A stretch of 64,000 nt of DNA. It comes from Tubiluchus corallicola (lineage: Eukaryota > Animalia > Priapulida). The notes beneath the pieces are model-generated. The model was not told the DNA's origin. It did no database searches and saw only the letters and a list, made by a program, of their open reading frames with translations. Position numbers and translations under genes: made by a program. Each line of letters opens with the position of its first letter. Position 1 is the stretch's first letter. Positions 26,561 through 41,573 of the stretch are shown in pieces. The stretch covers positions 293,985-357,984 of the forward strand of contig JAQGDQ010000230.1 of the NCBI GenBank assembly GCA_030141605.1, read 5' to 3'.

Positions 26561-29109
26561 GTGGGTTTTAATCTGTTGACTTTTTCATTAAATTTTTCTT
26601 CACTGTTTTTAGGTGCTTTACTATAACCTCAGAACGTCATTTTCAGTAAATCAAACATACCGGTCTTGACCGATATCATATGTTTGGACTTCTAACAGAA
26701 GAAGCTTATTATTTATACATATAAACTTTATTTATTTTAGGTGGATACACGTACAGTAATATTACTGATACACGTTTTTCCACTGTGCAACGAATACATT
26801 TTAGTTGAGAAAACAGATATGCAACTGGTTATCAAGAATGTAGTTACATAGATATTTGGTTCAAAAACACGTGTAATACATTAGTTAACACTTAAAACTA
26901 AAATATACAAAGCCCACAGAAAACAGAAGCGATGCCAAAAACAACAATTATCAGTGTACATAGGCTTATTTATAGATTGCAAAGCTAATACATGTCAACT
27001 TGTAAGCTTTGAAGAGAATTAATAATGACCTTGAAAACAATACACGATTAATAATATTAAGGGAGGAAGACTACTTTATCATTTACTGTTTGTGCGGAGA
27101 AGCTAGCTGAAGTAAACTTTTCGTCCACAACACGGTAAGCCTTGTCTATGTGTGACAGAAACACCTGTGGAAGGTCAACCTCAAATAATCCGGGACCTAG
27201 TCCAACTTGTCATGTATAAGTTCTTCTCTGCTACGCTTTGTCATGTAAAACGTACGAAATTATTAAACGAGACTGGCTTACTTGCAGGTAAAATAATGGG
27301 AGGTTTTCTTAGTTTTATTTTCTGTCTATTAACAAAACTGCCTGACTGGTGTCAACAGAACTATTATTAATTTTGCCTATTTATCGAATCATTGCTTGAT
27401 CACTAACTATATATTGATCTTTAAAAGTCTATAAGCAATTCCCATGTGTCTTAGGTAGGATGTATTTTATTTTATTTATATGTGCATTATTATTAAACGA
27501 TTATCAGTAACTTGCAGAAATACATAGATCGCTCGCGTGTGCTTATATTTCAGCCCGGGTCACTTTACTGAAGTATGCTGAGTTAAAATGATTCAAAAAT
27601 CGGATTCGAAAAGCAAAGAAAAATGACTCAAAAGCACTTTAGTTACTTACAAATATAGATACCCCTCTCTAACGATAAAATCTGCGCCAGAATACCTAAA
27701 CCGCTACTAACGCAAATTGCGCAATACATCAGTAAAACAGACAGAAAACGCACCGAAAACACAAGATCACGGATGTGTTTCAGCAAAATGTAGTACGTTC
27801 AAAGGCAAGACTCGCCAAGGCACACAACAGGCTTACAGCTATAGGAGAAAGTTTCATCTTTTGGTCCTAAACTGTAACACGGAAAGAGCTCGCACACATT
27901 CTAGTACGCTACCACCTGCTGCAGCTGCTGATTCTTGCGGTCTTTCACAGCTTCTAAAATTTAATCAGTATTCCTAAAATGTTAACTAGAGTCATAAATG
28001 GCCGTGCTAACCTCAAGGCAACAGCTGGCAATGACTTTGGCTGCTTACCAGATTAGAACGGTGTGGTGATGTTGCTATCGAAAAACTTGATACGTGCTTG
28101 GCGTATTCAGTATTTGGCTGCTTGAAACAGTTCTGTTCACCAACTAGATTATATATTTGAGACCTGATATACACGAGTTTATACTGCAACTTTCAGGATG
28201 AATACTGTTCGCCAGGTTAGCACTTCCTATGCCAATCCCCATATATATCATGGAGTTGTCTGCTAATCTTGTATCTTCCATATCCATACCAAGCAAAGGA
28301 CATGAACGCAAACAGTACCACTATGGTTCCCTAGGCATCAGCTATTTGCAACTGTAATTTCAACCTGTGATCATTAGCCTCTGTAGCCATACTCATTCTA
28401 GATATTAATCAGGAAACAAACTGATTTTGGAATTACATTTTCAGCGTCACCCTCTAACCTTGATTTCACCATTGACCTTTCATTCTCTGATATATCAACC
28501 CTTATTAGCCATTTCGATGAATTTGACCTGTAACCTTGAACCTTCCATATGCACAAAAAAGCTCAGTAAAGAACAATTCTAAGAATAACCTTACCAGGTT
28601 TGATAATATTATATTAGTTGTTAACGGCAATCACACATGCTTATGAAATGGCCACTGAAATTAAAGAATTTTATAGTTAAAGACTGTAGATAATAAGCTG
28701 TGACATAAATAGCAACGGTTACCTGTTGCACGTAGCATGGACTCGAACATGATTGCAAGACAAACTAATCAATACACTGAACTGTGATAACTACATTTCT
28801 ATAAACTATATTCCTATATTCTAACTGTGTTTCTATAAACCACTAAAAGAGATATTTCCTATTTTCAATTTCTGTCATTACACCGCAAAAATGCGAGGGG
28901 TAGGAAAACTAGTGTATTGGCCTATAGAACAAGATTATTTCGCTCTGTATTGTGTTAACAACTGCATTTTATTGCCACACAATAAATGCTTGCCAGACGA
29001 ACCAACAAATCCAATGATAACTTCTGTTTGAGAACTCTTGCGGGCACAAAAGCTAGACAAGACTTCAGAAACCAGACTAATTTCTAATTGTTTGTTTCCT
29101 TTGTTGCAG

Positions 29110-29987
29110 GTGAAGTAGCAGACAACCCCAGTAGGACACTCAAATTTGACGTCGGCAGTATTTCTTCTAGTGAAAAGCTATCAGGAGCAGAGCTCCGATT
29201 GTACAGAGCACGATCCTCGTTTGAGAAACAGGGCAAAATTAACACGAGTGAGAATTACGTTAGAGTAAGTGTTTTTGACATTGTAAAGCCAGCTGAGCAG
29301 CAGTTAGACTCCATTGAGTGGTTGTTAGACACACAGTTAGTTCATGTAAATAGTAGTGGCTGGGTATCGTTAGACATTTCATCCGCAGTGGCAAAGTGGA
29401 CAAAAAAAACTCATGCTAATCATGGCCTCCGTGTAGTAATATCATCAGCGAATGGGACAGTGTTGGACAATGCGCATCCACACAGAGATCACGTGCGATT
29501 GCGACGATCAGCAGATATGGACGCCACCCGGTGGAAACAGAAACAGCCTTTTGTTGTGACGTATAGTGATGACGGCAAACATTCTGTCCGGCGGCGAAGA
29601 GGGCGCTCTAGAACTCGCCGGAGTTCTGGCCGACACACAAAACGGAGACATCGGCGAAAAGGATCACATAGAAATATATGCCGACGTCACGACATGTATG
29701 TAGACTTTACGGACGTCGGCTGGGACGACTGGATTGTAGCTCCTTCAGGATACAGTGCCTACTACTGTCAGGGCAACTGTCCCTTTCCCCTTGCCGACCA
29801 TCTTAATGCAACAAATCATGCCATAGTTCAGACATTAGTGAATTCTGTAGATCCTACAGCCGTGCCACGCGTGTGTTGTGTGCCCACGGAACTTAGTCCA
29901 ATCTCTATGCTCTATTTAGACGAGTACGAGAAGGTGGTACTCAAAACGTACAGAGACATGGTCGTAGAAAGGTGCGGTTGTCGGTGA
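29110..29987 (+). CDS. bmp2/4: BMP2/4 second coding exon: prodomain, furin sites and mature cystine-knot ligand (about 410 aa in total)
   Basis: Acceptor ttgttgcag| at 29109 (phase 1). AELRLYR, LLDT.LV, GW.S.D, NHGL; S2 site HVRLRR; S1 RxxR cluster. Mature domain [53 protein letters not shown]...[34 protein letters not shown] is typical of BMP2/4. Confidence 0.97.
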
Positions 29988-32900
29988 AACAAACAGGCAC
30001 GTTTATGCATGTGATAGTATTGTACCTCAGTAAAATATATAGATAGATTGAAATGGTTGCAACTGGAGTTTTTTGATCTGACGTGCAGACTCGCGTTTCT
30101 GCTATACTTGCAGACATTGCAGCACTTTCAAGCCAAAGCAAAAACTGTATAAGATTTGGAATTTGTAAAGTTAACGCGAAAAACCTTTACGGTGTATTTT
30201 CTGTCTTAATTGTTGTATATTTACACTTAAATATTTCTTTATTGAAAACTTTATGACGCTGAAAATTTTAAAATAAAATCTAATCTAAAAATATATGAAA
30301 CTTTATGATTTGTCTATTAAAATTTATATTTTTCACTTTTGTAATGTTCTAGTTTCCCAAGTCTCATCATACATGTTTCATCTTAAATTTAAATTCATCA
30401 AAGATATTTTGACTTTGTGAGCAAAATTAGTCTTGCATGATTCAAATTGCTTGATATAACAGAACCTTCGGAAAATTCTTACTAGGTAGTTAAAGTAGGC
30501 GGATTACGTAAATTGCCGAAAAAAGTTATAATTGTACAAACTGGTAATTTAGCAGATGTTTATGCTGCATTTTGGAAAATGTGGAGGCAATATGGCGGAA
30601 GACTAAGTTCAAATCTAATCATTGACATCATGAACTCTAGAGTAGCAGCAAGGTCAAAGGAACGTGAAGTGATTTTAAAATTTTGAACTATTCTATGTCA
30701 GGCTCGTTAAGTAGTTCTCGCATATCAGAAGTTTTGAAAATATTAAAATATTCATATTAAAATATAGTCTTTGATATTTCCTGATATTTACCATGTTTCA
30801 TCATAGAATTCAAACTTATCCATAAAAACCCTTAGAAAGTACATCTTAGAAACTACATAAACGACAAGTATTAATTGTTGTAATATATTTGTTATAGATA
30901 ATTTTCATTACTAAATTATATGATCGTTCTTAATTATTATTCAATACGTCTCTGTGTACATGCACTTAGCACTTTTATTGTTATTATTCCAGTGCCTAAA
31001 TATTATTTTCTTGTTTTTGTATATTGTACATTTTGTTAAATTCTGTAATAAAATTGCGTAATATATTTATTGACACATTAATGTATTTGCACGAACGTTA
31101 CATGATGAACAGTAATTAACTTTATGGTGTTGACAACTAAATTACGCGTGTATACGTAGACGAATTATTAACTAAATTGAACATCGGCCTGTTAAATAAA
31201 AGGTCCAAATCTCGCCTATCAAAATAAAACACGTGCATGCACCTGCATTAATATAACTTATCCAACTAATCTTCGTTTCCTAGATAATTCAGATTATTTG
31301 TCAAAAACTACAGATTCTTTTTTAAAACAATTCGGACTTTTTTTATATTTATTATTGGTAAATGCATTAATTTTTCATTTTCTGACTTTTTCTTAATTTC
31401 GTTGCCTAATGTTCTGGCGTTCCGATGTTCTGCTTCAAATAAACAATTACTTTGCTAAGTTATATATAATATAGATAAGCCTAGCGACAGGCTAATGTTT
31501 TAATATAATTATAATCATTACATTTGTACATAAAGTACTTAGATTTATATAAATCTGTATAATGTATATGTTATATATAAATTATAAATACATAAATTTA
31601 CACTTAGAACTGTTTCTTATTGTTATTGAATTTTGGTGTACAATTTTAATACCCTAAAGAAAAATAATTTCATATACAGTTTATTAAATCAAAATAGTTA
31701 ATGCTCTAGACTTTAACATGTGCGTAAGTATTATTATTGTAGTAATAACATTCGATCGTATTTGTGGCACTGTTCTACAGAGACGAAACAATATTAGTCC
31801 TAATAGTAGGAAGTCTATAGTTTAATACCTACTGCTGGGATTCTTTCTGGAACTGTGGGAAAATATTTTACTTCTGTATTGCCGGGTAAATAGTGATCAC
31901 TGTCCATTAAGATACCAAAAATGTGTCAACAGAATTTAGAATAAAGTTCTCCTCTAGGCCTGGTTTTCGTTGGAACGAGTCGGCAGCCTTTTTACCATAT
32001 TGAGATGAAAGGATGGTAAACTATCCAAGCTATTTTTCAAGAATTTCAACATTCTTGACACGATATGTGCTATTGTGCTCTGCCGCGTAGAATTCGCCAT
32101 GAAAACTCTTTCTCAATCTCTCTATGTATATAATTTTCAGACAGGACCCATGACTTTAGCGGGGGTGAGCGATTTCCTGAATGGGCGTTAAGCAAAGAAG
32201 CGACATACTCGGAAAATGGGCTTCTAACTAGGTACCTGGTTACTTACAAGACAGTAGCTTCAACACTTTCGTTTACGCCTCAAGTTCCCCATGGTTTTGG
32301 AACTGCCACCATTTCATAATCGCATTTTCTCGCCACTCCAGAAGAACAAATTCTTTCGTAAATCTTCAGCTATCTGCGCTATTGTATGAAATAAATATGG
32401 GCACCGAGATAAAGCCGAAATTTCCTTGACAATAGTGCTATGTGTACAAGCACTAAAGAGAATCATGCGCTAAGCTTGACGATATCTTTCCTAATCCACA
32501 TCTCAGCATTCTCAGGTAACAGGTGGGCTGACATACACCAACTTTCAAAGCAGCTAAAAGGACAAACAAAGCTCTGGCACTTAAGAAATCCTTTCAAATT
32601 TGCTCTGAGCCTGAGGGTGTACAGCTCTCTGGTGACCGATAAACCGTGCAGGTATTTTCGTGGAGCAATGTCAGACCTACTGACGGCGACGGTGATGATG
32701 ACTTCATCCACATGATCTTAAAGGAAATATGATTTTTCTTAATTAGTAGCACCTTTGTAGATTGCAAACAAGGTTCAAAATAAATGAATGAATAACGCTT
32801 CAGAAATTGTTACGTGAAGAAACTAGTGATCAGTATTTTGCAGACTTAAAGCTCAGATTTGTTATAACGACTAGCTCTTCGCGCAGATGTAGTACTATGA

Positions 32901-35214
32901 TATATTGGCAGACACTGTCCAGGGAAAGTATAGATGTTACAGTAAAGACCAGTTTCAATTAACCATTTCAAAGAGACAGCCAATCAGAAACGCCAAAATT
33001 GCTGGCTTTCTGCAAAAATGCGTGAATGGTCAATAGTAGCCAGCACTTTTGGCACGGACTTGTGGCCATACCTTGGACACACGGTTGAGACTCGGTTCAG
33101 TCTATTTAATGTACTTGACTGGCAGCCGTGTTGATGCTGCCGCATTGTAGCTAATCTCTCTTGGAATAAAAATTCGTCACTTTAACTACGTGTGCCTTCA
33201 GGCCGGCACGTTCTATAGCTATATCACCGTGCTGTGGTAATTCTTTGCTTTTTAGTTATGACTTTATGGCACATTTCACAGGTGCTAGCTATGTGGCCAG
33301 TCTCTCTGTATTAAACATGATCTCTAATGTCAATGTTCTTCTCCTGGTTAAAACAGGCACTGCAAGGTCTCTGCAGAGTTACGTGAATATGTGCTATAAT
33401 CATAAAGTACAGGAGAAAAAGCAATCTGTAAACAATTATGAACTGTAATGCTGTGATTTTATTCCTGAGGAAAAGCAAATTTATACTGATCATTAATAAA
33501 TAAATAAACACGGACGCAAAAAATAAATGGTTGTAAAATTATTTTTTGTTTTTTGTAACTTTTTATGTCTCTAAGCAAAGTAAAATTCCGTTAGCCACTG
33601 ACTGGGAACCTAAAAAATTAAATAACAGTTACATCAGAAACCACAGAAATCATATTTCTGTATGTTTCTGCCCCAAATTTATGCACACTAATCTCAAGTT
33701 TTAATACAACACACACTCAGTAGCCACTGGGGGCCATCAAACTGCAGCCTACGTTTTCAACCTTGGCACTCTCTTAAAGTTTTTGCGTTTGCTGTGATGC
33801 AAAGGCTTTCGTATAGTTACACGTTTTAGCTCACTAATCTCACTAAAGTGCAATTGCAATTTTTCCAAATTGTAATTTCTTTTTGAAACATTAGTCATCT
33901 ACCTCCCAAATAGGTAAAAATTTAATTAATTTTTTCAAAAAAATGTATGTTCTATATTCGATTTTACATTTGTTATTTTTACGCAGGTTATCGTTTGCAA
34001 ATATGTAATTTTTGCTCAGTTTAATTTTCTTTATTTTAATGTAAACACTCGCAGAATTTCCATATGTAGCTTAAAACTAGATACTCTGTAGGCCAGCCGT
34101 TTCAGCGTGTTTCATAAGTCACTACTAATTTGATTTAAATTTTCTTTGCCCCTAACAGACAAGCCACGCTCATGTTGTACTAACCTCTTATTTAATAGTT
34201 GACAATTGTTTTTAGTCTGCATTTAATGTTTTGCGCCCCTCTTTACTGACTCTAAAGCAGAGGTGTAAAATCGCTGAGTGGCTATATAAAGAGCGTGCTA
34301 TGTACAGTTTTGATGTAAACTAAAATCACTGCAATAGACTCGCGAAGCCAAATTTAATGCCACTAAAATTCTCATGGATCGGCGATTCAGCCGCCATTTG
34401 GCTTTTGTTGTAATTGCTGTTAATTTTTAAATAATTTTTTAAAACTAATCAGTGAGTGACTTTTAAACACGCATGGATATTTTATTTTGGCCGAGCATGT
34501 TGCCAAAAATGGCCAGTATGGTTTGTACTTTATCCGGTGGTCTTTTCACTTTGCACAGGTCTCCCTGGCCAGTTTATAGTGTTGTATCTTTTTTATTATT
34601 GTGTTAATTTGTTATGGCTAAAACAAATAAATAAATATCTAATATCAAATACAGCAAACAAGTGGTAAGCATAATTTGTCATTTACAGCAAATCATTTTT
34701 GCACAATTTAGTCTAGTAAACTGAAATCCAATATTCTATAGAGCAACTAAGCAAACATTGCTTACTTCCACAAGTGATGACGGTAACCACAACAATGACG
34801 GCGATGACACAGATGTCGATGATAGAGGACAGAGCGTAAAACGAGGGAAGCCCAGCTAGCAGCTACCCAAGTTGCTAATTTGCCAAACATCGCATGCAAG
34901 GTATTGGCTACTCTATTAATCTATTAATTGAAGTGTTGACATGTGACAAACATGCGATATGATTAGCTGATTTAATTAAGCTTGTAATGTTTAACTGAGT
35001 GTGGCACGCACACGAGTGAGACATGTCTTTTGTTCTGAATTGTGACATGTCTCTAAATTTTGCTAGAAATAATTCTTCGAAAATTATTTTTACTGGAAAT
35101 ATATTAAACTGTAATAGGTAAGGTGTAATTATCAATTCAAGGATATCACGGTTGCCAGAGTTAGAAGTTTAATAATTTGAAAATACGTATTATAGATACT
35201 ATGGAAACTGCCGT

Positions 35215-35273
35215 ATAGGGTATAGAAATAGAGTATAGAAATGTCAGAGTATAGAAATAGCATGTAGAAATAG
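35215..35273. repeat. Short degenerate tandem repeat (GTATAGAAAT unit, about 4 copies)
   Basis: gtatagaaata gagtatagaaatgtc agagtatagaaatag catgtagaaatag. Confidence 0.6.
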
Positions 35274-38200
35274 TAGTAACTCGACAATTAACTTTATAAC
35301 TAAACATACGTTATATGACGTAAACTTAATAATAGGTTTCAACTTGTATAAAACTGTTACAGAAAATAATGTTACCCTGAAAGATGTGTTTTCGTGTAGT
35401 ACCTCGTAAGATTGTAAAAGGATGCGATTTAACTTCTAGGCAGCTAGCAACAATAAACATAGCAAAAGATTGCATGATTTATATAGAAAATAGCAATTTT
35501 AATTTTTATCAATGTATCGATTGAAAAAATGTTAAAGTATGGTGTCTGTTTTAATTAATTGCTTTGTCTTCTTGTATGTAAATAACAACTCCATGCTTTT
35601 TTGTTATTGTCAGTGTTTAATATTTGTTTTACTTTTCCTACTAGTCAACTAATTTTTATTAATCGGATACTTATGTAACTTGACTGTACGAGTGTGTTCG
35701 AAAATAAATGATATTAATAATAATTGAAAAAAGTACTGCCTGGAAACACGTCTTCGGGTAATATTGGCCCAACTAGGGTTATACATAACCTTTTGCTAGG
35801 GGGATACAAAACAGCGAGTAACATTACAGAACATTTTGTTACATCAAGAGTACTGCTGAAACAATAGTGAATCTAACTTGACCTCAAATAACTTTGACCT
35901 CAAGTAACTTGACCCTGTACTGCAGCAATAATGAACCAAATACACGATCTATACATGCGTTCTACTAAGTTTGTGTCAAACTTTTTGCCAAAAATAATCA
36001 ATTTTTCGCATTTCGGCTTATTTGAAGTGTAGAAATATTAAAAACGCATATTAGAAATAAAGCTTGTACACAATTTGTGGGCAGATCTTCTTTTCATTTA
36101 AATAAGCGTTTGTGCAAGTAAAAGTGGAAATAGCGGTTTCCAAGATAGCTTATACTGTGTAATACCTAATGTAGTACCTGTGCACTCTTCCCAAGCATCT
36201 AGGCAGTATTCTTTTGTCGGATACCAAAAAATACCTTTGTCGGGGCCACGCGTGTTTGTAATTTAATAAACCCTATTAAATCCTATGGAATCTGGATTTC
36301 CTGGGTTTAAATTTTACTGGTGGTCGCACCTGTCTGTTTGCTCGTGACCACATGTCCTCTCTAATGTCGTCCTGCACTTAGATTTATTGCGCCTTTTGTT
36401 CCGGTAAAGGCCCTCAAATCAACACTAATTTTATTAGCGTCATATAACAATTTTAGTTTGGCTAATGTGTACACAACAATCCAATATCCCTAGTTGGAAA
36501 TTAGCGGTTTATAGCTTGCAATCTGATTTAATTTATAGTTACTTGCCCGGCAAATTTTGATAACCTACAATAATTGCTCGCTAGTAAATCTAAAAAAACA
36601 AGATTCCCTGCATTTGATAAATCTTCTTATGTATTTAGACCTAAGATTCTCACTAGAGTGAGAAGTTAGCTGAACAGATATGGTTTCTCCGTATCAGCCG
36701 CTGACAAGTGGGACAGCTGGGTAGTTCAGGTTCAGGATGCGTGTTTATTGACAAGGTTAATCAACGTCGAGTGTAGTCAGTAAATGGATAGATGACTATC
36801 TCCCGCCTGCTTGTGGAAGATCTCATCTTCCAGTACTGCCTCTTGATATTTACCTCATTGTGGGGGGCTGTTTAAGCTCAGATACCTCTGCCAACCCAGT
36901 GGCTGTATAAAATACTCACGAGTTTTCTAAAGAACAGTTTCTGAACCCGTTTTGGGCAAATAAGGGCTACTTCTGTTAAATTCATTGAGATGACGGTGTT
37001 ACCTTGACATGGTATTTAAAAGTTAACGAGGTAACTGTAAATTAAACTAGCAAGAACTAAATTTAAATTTAATCACATTTACATTGACTGGATGGTAACA
37101 AAAGCCAGCAAAAATTAATGATTTTACATTTTTGTCACTTTTACTTTCAAGATTATCTAGACAATTCTGAGAAGCTTGCTTTTCTATAGATTTTACAGAT
37201 ATGTATTTGCCAAAACAAGTTTCAACATACAAAATTAATTTTAAAATACAACTTTAGATTAAAGAAAATATTTACTCTGTATCAATGAGTTTAAACTGGG
37301 AGCCAAACTAGGACTAGTTATGCCACGTAATCAACTTGTACAAAAGGCAGAGACACGGTCAGAGGTCCTCTGTCGGATCCGCAGACGATAGTTTAAAAAA
37401 CTTTCCATATTTTTCTACCAAGAGAGGGAAAGCGTGTTTATATGTGGAGCGCACGATTGTTTATTATTTTATAACCTAAATAAAAGAATCGCTTGAAGTT
37501 GGCAAAGAAAACGAGTTTGGGAGCACTGTTAAGTAACAGGGGAGCTCCATCTTACTAGGAACATGTATTCAAGCGACAGATGGTTTTTCATAGCTAGGTA
37601 ATCTCCTCTTTTAAACCTTAATTTAATCATTATTGTATTACCAGAATTCTAACGGTTATCAAAATTTGATAAAGGTTAAATTCAGAATTTTTAGGTGTCA
37701 CATTCGCCATCTATCGAGAACCGACTTGAACCTTTTCCAATTCATTTCTGAGAACGGAATCGAGGTCTGAAAGTTGGGACTGGTTCCAGTGAGTGACGTC
37801 ACGCGTTATCTTTGGGCACACGTGTACTTCTGGGAAGTTGGGATATTATAGACGTTCTAACGACCTTTTGCTGATGATTTTCGGATTTTTGCAGAAGTTT
37901 TTCTGGTTTATAGGGCCCAATCGTCTGATTAAAGCGAGTAAAAACTAATTGAGTCAATGGCCCATTTACTTTTTTAACAGCTGTGTCTGTTCGATTAGAA
38001 CCTAAAGCTACGAAAGTTATCTACTTTTATTAGAAATTGTTTGCTATCACGTTTTTACACATATATAATTGAATGATACCAATTTAGATAAATATACCTA
38101 CTTATACAAAATACCCTATATACGTTTACACTCTTATCATGAAATTTTCAGGAGTGAAACACATAAGATATTTTGCGCAAGTAGATTAAATTATAGTTAT

Positions 38201-39769
38201 AATATGATGTTTTTAATAATATAATAAAAAAAGATGTTTATATAATTATAAGACAGCTTAATTGCGATCTTAATTGCGAAACATTTAACTTTTGATATAC
38301 TACAAAGCGAATACTATAGACTAAGCACTATAATAGAGAATGCACTTTTCTGGATTATAGCTTAAAGTTATAAGACTAAGATAAATAAAAACTTTTCAAT
38401 TTTTGAGCTGCACCTAAATACAGACTAAAAATACGAGGCCACATTTTGTAAGATTGTGCTGCCTCAATAATAAAAAATTTTAATAATATTTTATGAGTAT
38501 TTAAATGACTGAAATATCTCTGTCTTCATACATACAAGACCTTCTACCTACTGACTCCCTGATCTGACGTCCGCTTAGATTTCGCTTAGTTTAGTAAACT
38601 TGTTAGTTGTTTGCAAGGGACCACCTAAAACAGCATATATGTATATTTCAAGAGGCTCCTGATGTAATTCGTGACCGGGTTCTGGTCTGCCGATTGTACG
38701 TGTAATAGTTATTTTTCTAGGTAAGTAACGAACTCAACGGAAAATAGACCTGTTAAAGTCAATTAGGCTAATTTCACGGAGAACGCTTATCAAAGAGCTT
38801 CTAATACATTTGATACATTTTGAGGCTAGGCAATTTTGTATTGAAACAATAACGATATTTGTTACTTCCCTAACTTTATCGATTTCTAATAGCAAATCTA
38901 TACCAGACTAAAGCTTGTTTCTTTTTAATCTAACAGATGATACTAAAAACGAACTCAGACTTGATCCAGACTTGTGTAAGTTGTTGTATAAATAACCAGC
39001 TCCGTCCTATTCTAGTTGTCAAATTCACTCGTCCTATTCAATTAAGTGAAAAAACTTCAAGTAAATGTTTCGGCATTAGCTCAGCCTTTTGGAAGAAATG
39101 AATAGCAGACTGTCACGTTTTTGTAATGTGGCACAAACTTCTTTCGGCTCGTACACAATTTAAATTCATTCTCTGTAGTTTAAACTATTGTTTTTACCGA
39201 AAATTTCGGCGACAACGTTATCTATCACAATGGCGCATTGTCACCGTTCAAAAAATGTGTGGTATGAAGTGGTTCCTTCAAACTCTAAAAATGGAAAACG
39301 ACATATACAATAGGTTTCCGCTCGTTTCATGACACCTCCCTCTCCAGGCTCTCTAACTTGCTGACAGATGCTCTTTTGCTTTTACGACCAAGTCATATTT
39401 ATTCTACTCAAAGAACGTCATTACCTGTGCCTACAAGCAGTCTGTTGCCTTTGTACTTAGGCCGATCAGGTAGGGCTAAACTGTCTTTTAAGTACCGATG
39501 GGGCATTCCCGAACAAAAGCCCGTTTACTTAAAACCGTGTAATTAGACTACTTGGCTTTAACTAGAGTCAATATTGGTGTAACGCTGGCATTATGGCTTT
39601 CACTTATTGTGGAATGGTTAAACTTCACTGTGTGAGGTTTATCTTCCGTTTGCATGGGCCCGGTCTACCGGTTTTTACCACATCAGTTCAATGCCAAATG
39701 ATTCTTTAAAATTTCTGATCAAAGTTTCAACAGCTCGAATTGGATGTTCTGGCTCTCCCTGCATCTCTC

Positions 39770-40315
39770 TCTCCCCTCTCTTTCTCTCTTAAGTTTACTG
39801 AAAAGATTTGTTTCCAGTGCGAATTTTATGTGCCAGAAAATTTCAGCAAACGATGTTAAATTTATATCTCACATAAATGGTGGAGATTATTACTGTAATT
39901 TGTGTGTTTATGTGCGTTTCTGTCCGTTAGTTTGTGCTGTTTTTTTTGTTTTTATGGTGTTTTAACAAGTTAAAAGACAATTCATTATAAGAGAACATTT
40001 TGCATGAGATTTACAAAAAATAATTTGCTTAAATTAGGGTATTTAATTTGGTGAGACAATTTTGAGAAAATTGTTGTTCGTAAAACTATGCAGATAGTAA
40101 GAACTGATCGCCGTCATCACATCTTTCCGTGTATCTATCTCTCAACTATTTTAATGCATGCGCCATGAACATTTCTCGGTACCACGCTGTCTGTTGAGAA
40201 ACGCACAAAAATTCTGCGTATACTTCGAGTCTGTGAAGCCCACTCTCTCTCTCGTCTTTTTGTTTATCTATCTGTCTGTCTGCCTGCCTTCTGTCTGTCT
40301 GTAATTCTGCTACAA

Positions 40316-40380
<65 letters not shown>

Positions 40381-41138
40381 TCTTTCTCTCTTCTCTTAAG
40401 TTTACTGAAAAGATTTGTTTCCAGTGCGAATTTTATGTGCCAGAAAATTTCAGCAAACGATGTTAAATTTATATCTCACATGAATGGTGGAGATTATTAC
40501 TGTAATTTGTGTGTTTATGTGCGTTTCTGTCCGTTAGTTTGTGCTGTTTTTTTTTGTTTTTATGATGTTGTATGTTGTAAATATGTAAATTACATATACA
40601 ATATAATAAAATACAATATGAACATAAGTTAGAAAAAGAATTAATTGAAATCAAAACAAATCAAATCTCTTTCTCCCCTTCCCTGTTATCTCCCTCTTCT
40701 ATTAACCAGAAAATCTTGAAACAAAGTTATTGCACCTTCATATAATGTTGAACAACATAGTATGTAACAATGAAAATAAACTTTTAACAAGTTAAAAGAC
40801 AATTCATTATAAGAGAACATTTTGCATGAGATTTACAAAAAATAATTTGCTTAAATTAGGGTATTTAATTTGGTGAGACAATTTTGAGAAAATTGTTGTT
40901 CGTAAAACTATGCAGATAGTAAGAACTGATCGCCGTCATCACATCTTTCCGTGTATCTATCTCTCAACTATTTTAATGCATGCGCCATGAACATTTCTCG
41001 GTACCACGCTGTCTGTTGAGAAACGCACAAAAATTCTGCGTATACTTCGAGTCTGTGAAGCCCACTCTCTCTCTCGTCTTTTTGTTTATCTATCTGTCTG
41101 TCTGCCTGCCTTCTGTCTGTCTGTAATTCTGCTACAAG

Positions 41139-41202
<64 letters not shown>
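39770..41202. repeat. Local tandem duplication A-B-(CT)n / A-X-B-(CT)n
   Basis: Segment A (about 39788-39956) recurs at about 40395-40564 and segment B (39960-40318) recurs at 40782-41140, both nearly identical. Copy 2 has an extra stretch of about 217 bp (40565-40781). Each copy ends in a (CT)n tract. Confidence 0.92.
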
Positions 41203-41204
<2 letters not shown>

Positions 41205-41475
41205 AATTGCCCAGAATAAGGAATGGAGACAAAATGAACAGAAAATGCAAGAATGGCATGTATTGTAATTGTATTTATGATGGCTATATGAATTTTTACT
41301 ACCACTATATACCACTAATACAACTAATATCACAGATTTAAATGTCATTATTACAAATTCTTTTTCATAACTCACGCTTGACACTGCAGAATAATGTTTT
41401 TTCTCGTAGCACTCCCTCTCTCCCTCTCCTGTTTTATCTTTCTTTCCTGTCTCTCTCTTTTTCATTCTGCTTCTG

Positions 41476-41481
<6 letters not shown>

Positions 41482-41570
<89 letters not shown>
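41482..41570. repeat. (CT)n microsatellite
   Basis: Uninterrupted CT dinucleotide run. Similar runs occur at about 40320-40376 and 41140-41202. Confidence 0.97.

Positions 41571-41573
<3 letters not shown>

Noticed and set aside
32440-32715. Opposite-strand ORF pair as a transposase or gene fragment
   Set aside because: No recognisable motif could be supported in any frame.
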